Below are positions 8,382 through 18,325 of a stretch of 64,000 nucleotides of DNA, one piece after another. Position 1 is the stretch's first letter. Each line of letters opens with the position of its first letter. Made by a program: the position numbers and the translations under genes. The DNA is from a virus (Duplodnaviria; Caudoviricetes), in the IMG/VR virus record IMGVR_UViG_2706796725_000001, positions 1 to 64,000 of that record, one strand, 5' to 3'. Below the pieces are notes generated by a model. It ran no database searches, had not been told where the DNA came from, and saw only the letters and a program-made list of their open reading frames with translations.

Positions 8382-8994
8382 TTATCTAGTATCAGATATT
8401 CACCTCTTCCACAAAAATATCCTGAAATTCACTAAACGTCCTTATAACAGTTTGGAAGAGATGCACGAAGGAACTGTTGAAGAATGGAATAAGGTGATCA
8501 AGCAGGGCGACATTGTGTACCACTTGGGTGATCTGAGTTTCTTAGGTATGAAACACTCACAGGAACCCCTTTACAACATCTTAAATAGCCTTCAGGGGAC
8601 GATTTACATGCTTAAAGGTAATCACGACTACAGCGATCTTTGGAAGGCTCACAGGGCAGCACAGGAGGACGGAAGGCTACGTAGAGGGATATTCTTTGAG
8701 GATTCTCCTTACAGAGAGGTTAAGCATAACAAGAAGAAGATCATTCTATGTCATTATCCGATTATCTGTTGGAATGGGCAACACCATGGGACACTCCATG
8801 CTTGGGGTCACTCACATAACAACTTACAGCTCAACCTTGGAAAAGCAATGGATGTTGGGTGGGATGCCTTGTGGGAGAACTATGAAATGAAAGCCCCAAT
8901 CCTTATGGATGAGTTTATTGAGAAGGTTGATTGCAAGGAGACTGTTTGTTACGATCACCATAGTGATATAAAGAATCGGAGAACAGAAACATGA
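8374..8994 (+). CDS. Calcineurin-like metallophosphoesterase
   Basis: 'SDIHLFH', 'HLGD', 'GNHD', 'LCHYP', 'GHSH' motifs. Confidence 0.88.
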   Translation: MSSYLVSDIHLFHKNILKFTKRPYNSLEEMHEGTVEEWNKVIKQGDIVYHLGDLSFLGMKHSQEPLYNILNSLQGTIYMLKGNHDYSDLWKAHRAAQEDGRLRRGIFFEDSPYREVKHNKKKIILCHYPIICWNGQHHGTLHAWGHSHNNLQLNLGKAMDVGWDALWENYEMKAPILMDEFIEKVDCKETVCYDHHSDIKNRRTET

Positions 8995-9380
8995 AAATTG
9001 ATATTGACAACCCAAGCCAATTATTATCGCACATCATGCTCAGTGACCGTGAAATTTCAGAGAAAGTTGCGGAAACTTCTAACTGGAAAGAAAATGGAGC
9101 TATAGACGCCAAAGCATCTTTCAATGGTGTTGAGGTTGATGGAAGTGTTCTTGAGAAGGTTCTTCAAGAATTCGTGAAACAGATCGAAGACTATTTCGTT
9201 GAAAAGTATGATGCTGATGAATTTGATCGTAGAGTAGAGGAAAAGGCCGAAGCAATAATTAAAGAACATGCTGACAACGCTGCTGAGAAGTTGAGTCAAC
9301 TATCAAGAGTGCTTGAAGAGCATGAAAGACTACTTAAACCTTATTGGCAGCGTGACAGTAATAGGAGAACAGAAACATGA
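8991..9380 (+). CDS. Hypothetical protein bracketed by a 19-bp direct repeat
   Basis: 129-aa acidic ORF; GGAGAACAGAAACATGAAA at 8978-96 and 9364-82. Confidence 0.6.
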   Translation: MKIDIDNPSQLLSHIMLSDREISEKVAETSNWKENGAIDAKASFNGVEVDGSVLEKVLQEFVKQIEDYFVEKYDADEFDRRVEEKAEAIIKEHADNAAEKLSQLSRVLEEHERLLKPYWQRDSNRRTET

Positions 9381-10532
9381 AACACAATATGAACAGCATT
9401 AGAATACGTTAAGCGTGGTCTACTGACGATGAAGACAGACGGGGAAGTGGAATTATTCTGCTACACGCAAGACTGCTTCTTTGGTAAGGATACATGGGAC
9501 GACATTACGATTACACACCGAGGTAAGATGTATGAGAATGGTGTTCCTGTAAACGACCCATTCAAGAAAATCTTCAACATAGGTGAAGTGGAGAGTGTAT
9601 CAGAAGAGATTGTGATGCGACGTATGCAGGAGGAACCTTACCACGTTCTGCATAAATGTAATGGTCATTTGTTCATTGCATCTTGCTTCAAGGATGATGG
9701 GGAATGGAAGATTAAGTATTCCACTAAAGGTGGTTTACCCAATGAAGGTAATGATCTTCTGAATGAAGATATTGCAATCTTCCGTGAGAGAGGCTTTGAG
9801 CAGAGTATTGAAGAGTTGCTTGAGAGTTCAGTCGATTATGCAGACCAAGTTACACTCATGTTTGAAGCAATAGTTAAGCATGACCCTCATACTTTGTATA
9901 GTATGGAAGTGAGTATGTTTGGTGAGAATACGTTTGTTTTGTTAGGGTGTAACGGTGTGGTTGGGACACTCCCAGGAATAGCACACACCATAGGATGCCC
10001 TGTAACACCTGTTATGACCTTAGAAGGGGTTCCTAGGGATTGGCTCCACCACGAAAACGTTGAAGGGTATGTTATCTGGTTTCCTGTTTCAGATGATCGT
10101 GTTAAGATCAAGACGAAGGATTATTGGCTTGCACGTTCCAAGAAAGACCTCACACCTGAAAAAATCATTGGGGCATTTCGATCAGCAGGATATGACCGTC
10201 TGTTGAACAAGTTTCCAGAGGAAGTTGCTGAACAGTTTTGCATGATTGTTAAGGAAGAATTTCTGTATTGGCTTGAGGAATATGAATGGCAGGTTGAACA
10301 CATCTACGAGCTAGATGAGCTTCGCCTGATAGGCGATACAGATAAAGAGATTGCAACATCTAAACACTTAACACAGGGCATGAAAGAGTTCCTCCTTAAT
10401 GATCCTAACACATTGGAAGTGAAAGCAGCTAAAAGCAGAGATAAGCGTAAACGTTTCTATCAATGGTGGCTGGAGTCTGGTCGTGATGTAACTGTTAAGG
10501 TGAAGATTCAGGAAGTGATTGAGGCCATGTAA
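9377..10532 (+). CDS. RNA ligase (Rnl1-like), with an apparent frameshift near the 5' end
   Basis: 'ELFCYTQDCFF..WDDITITHRG', motif I 'HKCNGHL', 'EGYVI', 'VKIKTKDY'; the frame extends upstream as TALEYVKRGLL but is out of frame with ATG 9377. Confidence 0.7.
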
Positions 10533-10661
10533 TGCTGAATAATATTCTAACCTCCTACACAATAGTCTGTTTGATGATCAGCTCAAGTGTTTTTGCTTGG
10601 GCTGTTTACACCACCCTATCCTGTGTGTTACATTATCTAAAAACCAAATCAGGAGATAAAT

Positions 10662-11090
10662 ATGAAACTCTTAACCCTAGTACGAGGCGTAAGTGGTAGT
10701 GGCAAGTCTACCCTTGCATCAATCCTAAACCTGTTCCATTCAGATGCCTTCCACTTTGAAGCAGATGACTTCTTTCTGAATGAAGAGGGGGAGTACATCT
10801 TCAACCCATCTCTTCTTCCTAAAGCACACAAACATTGCCAAGACAGTGTTCGTTGGGCTATGCAGGAACACAAATATCCGATTATCGTTTCCAACACGTT
10901 CACACGTAACTGGGAAATGCAGGCATACATTGATCTTGCAAATGAATACAAGTATGATGTCCAGATCATCTCTGTTCAGGGATTCTTTGAGAACGTGCAT
11001 GGCGTTCCAGAGGATGTTGTAACTAAACAGAGGGAACGTTGGGAAGATGTTCAGTTAATTAAAGAGAGGGGTAGTTGGAGGATTGTATGA
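10662..11090 (+). CDS. P-loop kinase (AAA_33 / polynucleotide-kinase-like)
   Basis: 'LVRGVSGSGKST', 'IVSNTFT', 'NVHGVPEDVV'. Confidence 0.8.
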   Translation: MKLLTLVRGVSGSGKSTLASILNLFHSDAFHFEADDFFLNEEGEYIFNPSLLPKAHKHCQDSVRWAMQEHKYPIIVSNTFTRNWEMQAYIDLANEYKYDVQIISVQGFFENVHGVPEDVVTKQRERWEDVQLIKERGSWRIV

Positions 11091-12459
11091 TATATTTATT
11101 GGTAGTAGTATTAATAGTTGGGTGGGTTGTTGGTCTAGCCTTCTTGTTCGACAAGTCTTTCGGCAGTAGGGGCTGGATGATGGTTTTGATCCTCTATTGC
11201 ACCCTATCTCTTGCAGGTCTGTTAATGTTCCTTGGAAGTCAAGATTCTAAACCCTGCGCTAGGTATGAATCAATCATGCAGTACAATCCAGCAACAAAGA
11301 CAATGATGCCTATGAAGGTATGTGTGCAATATGGGGAATGGGAGGAATAGGATGGCGGTCATAGAAACAAAAGCAGCTAAAGCTCAAAGTATTGGTAAAT
11401 CTTCTTTTCGAGGACATACAATAATCTGGGCAGGTGATAAATGGTTGTATGAAGACAATCAACAACCTATTCCTGGATATGGAGGAGAGATGAGGCCCTG
11501 TAAGAAATGTGGATCAACACTCTCATCCAATGATGGCTTCCCTGATGAATGCTTAGGGAGCATTAAAGGTGTAACAAATGCTTGTTGTGGGCATGGAGAT
11601 ACAAGTGTAAGCTATATGGTGTTTGATAGCGGGTTGGTCATAGAGGGTTTTGAGGTTACCACCGAATGTCGTGGTGGAATGATTGGAGGAACGGAATGAA
11701 TATCGAAAACACCAGAGATAAAATCAGACGAAACATTGAAGAAGGATATGAGCCTAAGATACTATCTGATTACAGGCGGATCAGAGATACAGAAGAACAG
11801 AGACATGGAAGGGTTGTGGAAGAATTGTTAGAATACATTCTGTGGTTGGAGCGGAAGGAGAAATAGAATGAACAACATTAACTCATTAACACCTGTAACA
11901 CTAACACAGCAAGACTTCGATGCAGCTAAACAGCTTCTACAGAAGCATGAGGAATTTGTTAAGGGGTGGGATTGGAAGGATTGGGTTACAGTAGTGGAGG
12001 AAGAGCAGAAAGGGTGGTTTGGTAAAACCAAGATAGTGAAGAGGCAAGTTAAAAAGAAATTGCCAGTAGGTTATGAAATGTACTTATGTATGGATTATAA
12101 TGATGACGAAGGGTATACCACTGATTGGACTTTATCTACCTCTGGTGGAGTGGATATAAAACTCGAATTCTGTAATTGGCTAATATCCTGTGAAGGTGTT
12201 GTGGAAGAAACTTATTTATCGGATGTGTGGTTTAAGTTGTTGGTTGAGATGAGGGGAGAGTATGAACATTAACCAGAAACAACATAGGTTCAAATACATC
12301 TATTACGAAACCTCTAAACGGATCACCAGCTCCTATGTCATGGCAACAGATTTCAAAGAAGCCTTTGATAAGGTGTATGGGGAGATTGGGGAGAGGTTGA
12401 TTAGGATTGAGTATGAGTTTAAGAGGGAAGGTGTTGACAAAGATGGAATGGGGTTGTAG
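11087..12459 (+). CDS. Run of small hypothetical ORFs (11087-11350 membrane, 11352-11699 Cys-rich, 11696-11866, 11868-12272, 12262-12459)
   Basis: Tightly packed ORFs with RBSs. Confidence 0.55.
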
Positions 12460-12491
12460 GATGTTGGGACAATAGATACAGGAGAATAGAA

Positions 12492-12854
12492 ATGAATATT
12501 TTAATTGCAGGAAGTCGTGGGTTTAAAAATTACAAACTCCTAAAACGTACAATACTTGATTGGATTAAAGAGAATTACACAGGTAATATTGAAGATTTAT
12601 GCGTAATCAGTGGCAGAGCAAGGGGTGCAGATAGGTTGGGAGAGCACTTTGCTGAAGAGATCGGTTGCAACGTCGATCTCTACCCCGCTGATTGGGAGAA
12701 GTATGGTGGGAGTGCTGGTTATATCAGAAATGCTGAAATGATTAAGGTGGCAGATGTGGCGTTTATTTTCTGGGACGGTAAATCGAGAGGAACTAAACAT
12801 TCAATAGATTTGTGTAGGAAGAAAGGTGTTCCTGTATGTTTGGTGGAGTATTAA
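12492..12854 (+). CDS. SLOG-family protein (YspA/DUF2493-like)
   Basis: 'ILIAGSRGF', 'VISGRARGAD', 'AGYIRNAEM', 'FWDGKSRGT'. Confidence 0.8.
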   Translation: MNILIAGSRGFKNYKLLKRTILDWIKENYTGNIEDLCVISGRARGADRLGEHFAEEIGCNVDLYPADWEKYGGSAGYIRNAEMIKVADVAFIFWDGKSRGTKHSIDLCRKKGVPVCLVEY

Positions 12855-12855
12855 A

Positions 12856-13100
12856 ATGACTGAAAGTATTTTCTATTTAAGTTGGCCTATAGTTGGTCTA
12901 GTATGTGGGGTCTGGCTATTCTTCTGGGCTAAGGGGAGACGGTTGGGGATTTGATTATTACATCTGTTACAGGGATGGTACTGGGACATTTGTTGGCAGC
13001 AATAATCTTCATAGGATGGCTGATTGAGAGTGTGCCGAAGATTCCTAAGCGTATCCCATTTTGGAATGTTAAAATTAGGGGTAAGAAAGAGGAGAATTGA
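12856..13100 (+). CDS. Membrane protein, apparently frameshifted at the G-run 12933-36
   Basis: MTESIFYLSWPIVGLVCGVWLFFWAKG continues in another frame as ETVGDLIITSVTGMVLGHLLAAIIF; not in the ORF track. Confidence 0.45.
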
Positions 13101-13343
13101 AAATGGATAAGTGTACTAAAAACATTAAACAAGTACCAAGCAATGAAGAACTGTTATCATGGGCTGAAGAAGAGCAATTCTTTCTTTTCTGTGATGAAGA
13201 AGAATTCTTGCAAATTGCTAAGGCTGTAATACAGAGGTTTTGTTTGACTGAGAGTGCTGAGGATGAATTATTTTGGTTGACAAGCACCTAGCCCTCAATG
13301 TAGTATCGATCATGTACATATAAACACAAATGGGGAACACACC

Positions 13344-13928
13344 ATGAAACCAGAAGAATTACGTAGAGAATATGCAGGTAGGGATGTAGATGGCGATCTT
13401 GGGTGGACAATGCATGTATCCACTGTAGCCAATCTCCTTAAAGAGAAAGATCAGCAGATTAAAAAACTGAAAGAAGATAATGAAAAGTTGAAACTTGATT
13501 TAAAAGAGGCTTACACATGCCTAAACCTAAAGTATATACCACCAAAAGGAGTTATTGGTTATGCCAGGAAGGAAGATATTGATACATTATTGAACGATGG
13601 TTCCAGTCATTTTCACATAGGGTTGGATCACCCCTCACTTTGGCAAGATGAGGCTCCCTACCCTTGGTTGGTTGCGGTATGTTTGGTTGATAGTATTATC
13701 GAACATGACGCTCAAGTGATTGAACAGTTTAGTGATGACCTCTCGAATATCACCAATGAAATGAAATCACATTGCATGGGTGAGTTTAGCTGGGAGGAAT
13801 ACTCCCCTTGTTATGATGAGAATGGTGAGATTTTTGATCAGGAGGTTACAAGGACAGTTCCTTGGGATTTGTGCAAAAAGATTTACAAGGAACTGTTATC
13901 AGTGAAGTTGGGGCAGCGGGATGATTAA
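13344..13928 (+). CDS. Hypothetical protein (last + strand gene of the block)
   Basis: 194-aa ORF downstream of TTGACA(13277-82)...TAGTAT(13301-06). Confidence 0.6.
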   Translation: MKPEELRREYAGRDVDGDLGWTMHVSTVANLLKEKDQQIKKLKEDNEKLKLDLKEAYTCLNLKYIPPKGVIGYARKEDIDTLLNDGSSHFHIGLDHPSLWQDEAPYPWLVAVCLVDSIIEHDAQVIEQFSDDLSNITNEMKSHCMGEFSWEEYSPCYDENGEIFDQEVTRTVPWDLCKKIYKELLSVKLGQRDD

Positions 13929-14004
13929 ACTGATGACAAAATAATTTGGAGAGGGTCTTGTTGAATAGTGGGTGGGGGGGGTGATATTAGTGGGGGGGTA
14001 TGTG

Positions 14005-14118
14005 TAAAATTGAGTTTCAGGGATTGGAGCAAAATTGTATGGGAAGATATTGTTAAGAACGCCGACTAATATTTTATCGTAAAATTCAGTTTTAGGAATT
14101 GGGGCAAAATTGTATGGG
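14005..14118. repeat. Imperfect 39-bp direct repeat, 75-bp period
   Basis: TAAAATTGAGTTTCAGGGATTGGAGCAAAATTGTATGGG (14005) vs TAAAATTCAGTTTTAGGAATTGGGGCAAAATTGTATGGG (14080). Confidence 0.8.
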
Positions 14119-14457
14119 CGGTCCCACCCCCACTCATCACCCTCCCATGGGGGATTGCCCGGCCCCTTCATGTATACCCCTGAGGCTTCCTATTTGCCCG
14201 TATAAGCGACGATATGACCTAACCAATACCATTGCCTAACCTATCCCTGACACGCCGTACAGGAGATTATACAGCCTCCTAGCCTTATACAAGAATGTAG
14301 CAGATAATACCTGGCAGTATAACCAAACAGAATATAATCCCCTATACTTCACTGGGGATTATCAGTCAATAATGTGTACAAGGATATTCGAATATACGTA
14401 TAGGCTAATATATGCAGGCAAAATAAAGCCCCTTAATTGGGGCTTATGTTATGTCTG

Positions 14458-14679
14458 CTAACCTTTGGCGTAACGTATCAGGCTTTTAAAATACGCTTGC
14501 TTGTCTTTATGTCCTTGCATATTTCCTCTCCATGCCACCACCTTTGTACCACTCTTCTTAATACCACACCAACGGCCTTTGTCAGCGGGGTTCCCAGCAT
14601 ACACCCACTGGCCCGGCTGTATCTTGCACATTAACTCCTCTGGAAATTCCCAGATGTTAAACGCTTTGCAATATTTCAT
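14458..14679 (-). CDS. Early hypothetical protein
   Basis: Own promoter TTGCAT-17-TAGACT (minus strand, 14743-14715) and downstream hairpin 14426-45. Confidence 0.65.
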   Translation of the reverse strand: MKYCKAFNIWEFPEELMCKIQPGQWVYAGNPADKGRWCGIKKSGTKVVAWRGNMQGHKDKQAYFKSLIRYAKG

Positions 14680-15026
14680 AAGTCACCTATTAAGTTTTGA
14701 TTGATTATGGGTTAAGTCTATCAGATAAAACAGGGAGATGCAAACAGGAAATCATTACAACAATTCATCAATCATTAGAACAATTCATCATAGTAGATTG
14801 TAAATAACCATATATTAGGTTATATAGCCCTATTTAAAGTAATTATTAAAAGTCAAGTGGTCAGGAAGGCCTAGAAATGGCCTTGTAAGGTATTTTAGAT
14901 TCACCCTATACAATCATAACACCCTATATGCTAAAACCTCGTCAGCAAGAAAAGGCTATTTTTGGCACGAATCCTGCAAATAATAAAGCCCCAATTAAGG
15001 GGCTTAGATTGTGTTAGGTGTGTTGG

Positions 15027-15110
15027 TTAAATTGGTTGTAGCATAATCAGGATGAACACAGTTAGAGCTATGATAAGCTGAATCCAGTCTGTCATAGAAT
15101 ACTTTGGCAT
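15027..15110 (-). CDS. 27-aa hydrophobic micro-protein MPKYSMTDWIQLIIALTVFILIMLQPI
   Basis: GAGG RBS, single TM-like stretch, followed by terminator 14986-15005. Confidence 0.55.
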   Translation of the reverse strand: MPKYSMTDWIQLIIALTVFILIMLQPI

Positions 15111-15122
15111 AATGTTCGGCCT

Positions 15123-15179
15123 CTATTTAACCGCATAAATGATTGCAATGATTGTTATTACTATCTCGGGAATAGTCAC
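15123..15179 (-). CDS. 18-aa hydrophobic peptide MTIPEIVITIIAIIYAVK (copy 1, GTG start)
   Basis: AAGGGG RBS; paralog at 15406-15462 differs by synonymous changes. Confidence 0.7.
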   Translation of the reverse strand: MTIPEIVITIIAIIYAVK

Positions 15180-15188
15180 AGTCGCCCC

Positions 15189-15380
15189 TTATGCATTAAT
15201 GTCAATTACATAATACCGAGTAGTCCAAGCAACAAAACTTTGAACTACCATCACCCGACAACCTAATACTAGATTGCTGTAATATTCTTTCCTGCAATGC
15301 TCTAGTTCATCCACCTGATCACAGGCCGTGTCAACAGGGATTAAATGGCGGAATGTTTCTTTTGTTATTTCTGAGTACAT
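15189..15380 (-). CDS. Early hypothetical protein
   Basis: 63-aa ORF lying between the two peptide copies. Confidence 0.6.
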   Translation of the reverse strand: MYSEITKETFRHLIPVDTACDQVDELEHCRKEYYSNLVLGCRVMVVQSFVAWTTRYYVIDINA

Positions 15381-15405
15381 GATTAAAGCCCTTTATATTT
15401 TTAGA

Positions 15406-15462
15406 TTATTTAACCGCGTATATGATTGCAATGATTGTCACAATTATTTCGGGAATAGTCAT
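15406..15462 (-). CDS. 18-aa hydrophobic peptide MTIPEIIVTIIAIIYAVK (copy 2)
   Basis: AAGGGG RBS, ATG start, TAA stop. Confidence 0.7.
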   Translation of the reverse strand: MTIPEIIVTIIAIIYAVK

Positions 15463-15471
15463 GTTATCCCC

Positions 15472-17105
15472 TTATACATATAGATTGTTTGGAATTAATA
15501 ACCCCTCGATTATCTCTTGATTAATCATCTGTATATAATAATCCAGATACTCAAAATAGGAATCAACATAAATCTTATATACGTTAGCAGATACACGCCT
15601 AACGTCACCAGAAAACCGAGGTTTACAGTCTGTGTTGTGAATAGAAAATTCTAACCACATTGTACGTTTATTGCTGTGCAATGACAGATCAATATGAATA
15701 GAGTCAGCGCCCTCAACATGATACGTCATGTAAGGGTTAACACCACGCTCAAGCATGTTGTCCCATTGCCCCTGAATTTTTTCTTTAATTTCTTTTTTGA
15801 GATTCATTTTAAAACCCTTTATATTTCGAATTAATTTTATACAACGTTAATGTAACGCTGATAATCAATGCCAGCATACAAGCAAGCCAGATTAATACAG
15901 GCATTAGAACACCTGATACACAATACTTTCACCGTCACCAGTGACACCAATAACAGTCGTATTATCCTGCAAGTATTCCTGCACCTGCTCTGGTATATCC
16001 TCTTCAGGATCAACGTCGATGCTATAATTGTCGATAATTTCCTGCAATGTATCTTCGGAGTAATCGCAGCAGATGGAAATAATATCAACTTCAAATTGTT
16101 CACCCGTACCCTGTTCCATCTCTTCAAAGTGATCGAACAACAAATCCCGTGCTTCATGGCTAAAGGTTGTTTGAGCGGTTATATTGATCGAACAGGTTAG
16201 AGAACTCATAACGGTCAAGTGTATATTTCATTTTAATTTTCCCTTTAAGTTTTGACTATTTACTTTATACATTAGTTTCTTTTAGTAAACAAGGTGGTTC
16301 ACCCCATTTTTCCAGCTCTTTTGATAAATTCTCCTCTTCAACTATGCATAGACATACACTTCTGATATAACCTCGTCGTAGGAATTGATCAGGTTATATT
16401 CACATACTAAGTATATTTTCATTTTAATACACCCTATCAATTAACCACAAAATAAATAACAAAAGGGTTATACAGGATACTGGCAATAATACAGCCGCCC
16501 ATAATATCCTGTTTTAATACATTGAGCATATTATGCCTCTCCTTCCATCACTAAATAATAGTACCAGTCATCAAACTGGCGCTGAGTCATGCCAGCACAA
16601 TACACCGATTTAAGCTGTCGCTTAGTAATTGCAACAGGATAGCGATTATATTTATGGTTAAACGTATTGCAAAACTCATCTCTTGCTTTACGGCTGTTGA
16701 AGCAATAAGCATCACCCCACATATTATAACGGCCTGTTAACAGGTGCGGATTGCCTGTTGTGGCGTTGCTGCCGACCCAGGCCAGATAGTTGCGTTTAGC
16801 TTTCATTCTACTTCATCCTTTACAATAGTTAATGATTCAACCACAAAACCTTCTTTATAATATTTCCACCATACAAAATGCTCAATGATGTATTGCAATA
16901 AAACATTATCAGTGAAGCTTTCAGCAGAAACATACTCTTCAGGTTCTTGCAACTTCAAAGTGTTCATTTCATCTTGCTGGAAAATATCGTCAATGATGTG
17001 GATGTTAAACCATTCTCTGTCCTTAACAACAACACACTGAAAGTTTCTCCCGTCAAGTTTTGTTGAATAGTGAGCTACAACTGTTTTGTTGAATTTGCGT
17101 TTCAT
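15472..17105 (-). CDS. Early-region ORFs (15472-15807, 15809-15904 hydrophobic, 15904-16218, 16437-16529 hydrophobic, 16531-16806, 16803-17105)
   Basis: Co-oriented with coupled starts and stops; promoter TTGTAA-16-TATAAT on the minus strand at 17172-17145. Confidence 0.6.
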
Positions 17106-17563
17106 GTTTGTTACTCCGTTTCTTTTTCGTTTCGATATGGTTCCATTATAAACATAACAGGATTAATTACAAGCTTAGTAACAGATCATTTTGTTATATA
17201 GGTTTTATGTTTTGGTTATAACGGGGTATAAGAGACTGGGAAATTGTATTGACTATATAAGTAGCCAGAACGTCTGGGAATGGTTCTTGTTAACATATCT
17301 TGTTGATAATCATTAACATTATCGTTTTGATTAATGCTTGTGAGCATTAGCTTGCACCATTGTAGTACATAGTAGATGAGAATGAGTGTTATTTGCAGGT
17401 GAGAATGGGACGCATTTACCGAATTTTTGAAAAATTTTGTATTTTTCTCTTATATATCAAACATCTATAACCAACCCTTACCCAACATCTATCCAAAACC
17501 TTTACCCAACCCTCATCCCCAACTTTCCGCCCAATCACCTTCTACCATCACCTGCACACATAA

Positions 17564-18325
17564 TCCAACACATTGATTCAACAAGACTTTTCAACAATTC
17601 ACCTTCCCCACACCTTCCTCCAATTCCCCTCTCCAACACCTTCCTCCACCTGATTTACCCCATTCTACATCCACCACACATTAGCCACAATTTTCAACAC
17701 CACCTATTCCGTCAATATTCTGGCACACTAATCCCTACCATTCTAAATAAGCGTCAATATTCTGGCACAATATATTTCCAATATCCTCCAACCCCACTAC
17801 CTGCCAGTATTTATGCACCCTCTGCCTACCACACCCCCCAACAAGACATACAACATATAGTGTTCAACAGACGATTTCAACACAAGATATAGTCCCTATT
17901 CTTACCAGTATCTTCTTCCTATACAAATCAAATCTTTATACAAACATGTATACAAGAAATATACAAATTACCACTATTTTCTATCAATTTCCCACTACTA
18001 CAAACCCCTATACAGACGAGACTACCGAGCTACGCTCAGAATTGCCGTCTAAGCCTCTTTCCCCAATACCCTACCCAACCTATTCCTTCCACTATATCTC
18101 CCCGTACAGAGCCTTACAGACGCTCTCAGAGGCATATCTCAACAGGAGTATCCAACAATAAATTCCAACACCACATTTCAACAGACTATTTCAACAGAGA
18201 ATATTGAAAACCTGAGTGAAAATTACATCTCCAGTGAAAATCATATATGTGATGGGGTAGGGGTATATTTGGTAGGAGGGATGTTGAGAAATTTCAACAG
18301 GGGTATTCAACAAGCTGTTTCAACA
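17564..18325. repeat. Arrays of YYCAACA heptamers with 13-bp period
   Basis: Heptamer starts at 17564/17577/17590; 17863/17876; 18138/18151/18164/18177/18190; 18293/18306/18319. Confidence 0.85.

Noticed and set aside
13970-13998. G-quadruplex
   Set aside because: Only three G-runs, and homopolymer lengths are unreliable in this assembly.
17437-17892. 151-aa + strand ORF and other ORFs in 17.4-18.7 kb
   Set aside because: Low-complexity P/H/T/N-rich translation of C/A-skewed repeat DNA with no RBS; judged non-coding.
17564-18325. CRISPR array
   Set aside because: The repeats are 7 bp with 6-bp spacers, far from CRISPR dimensions, and no cas genes are present.
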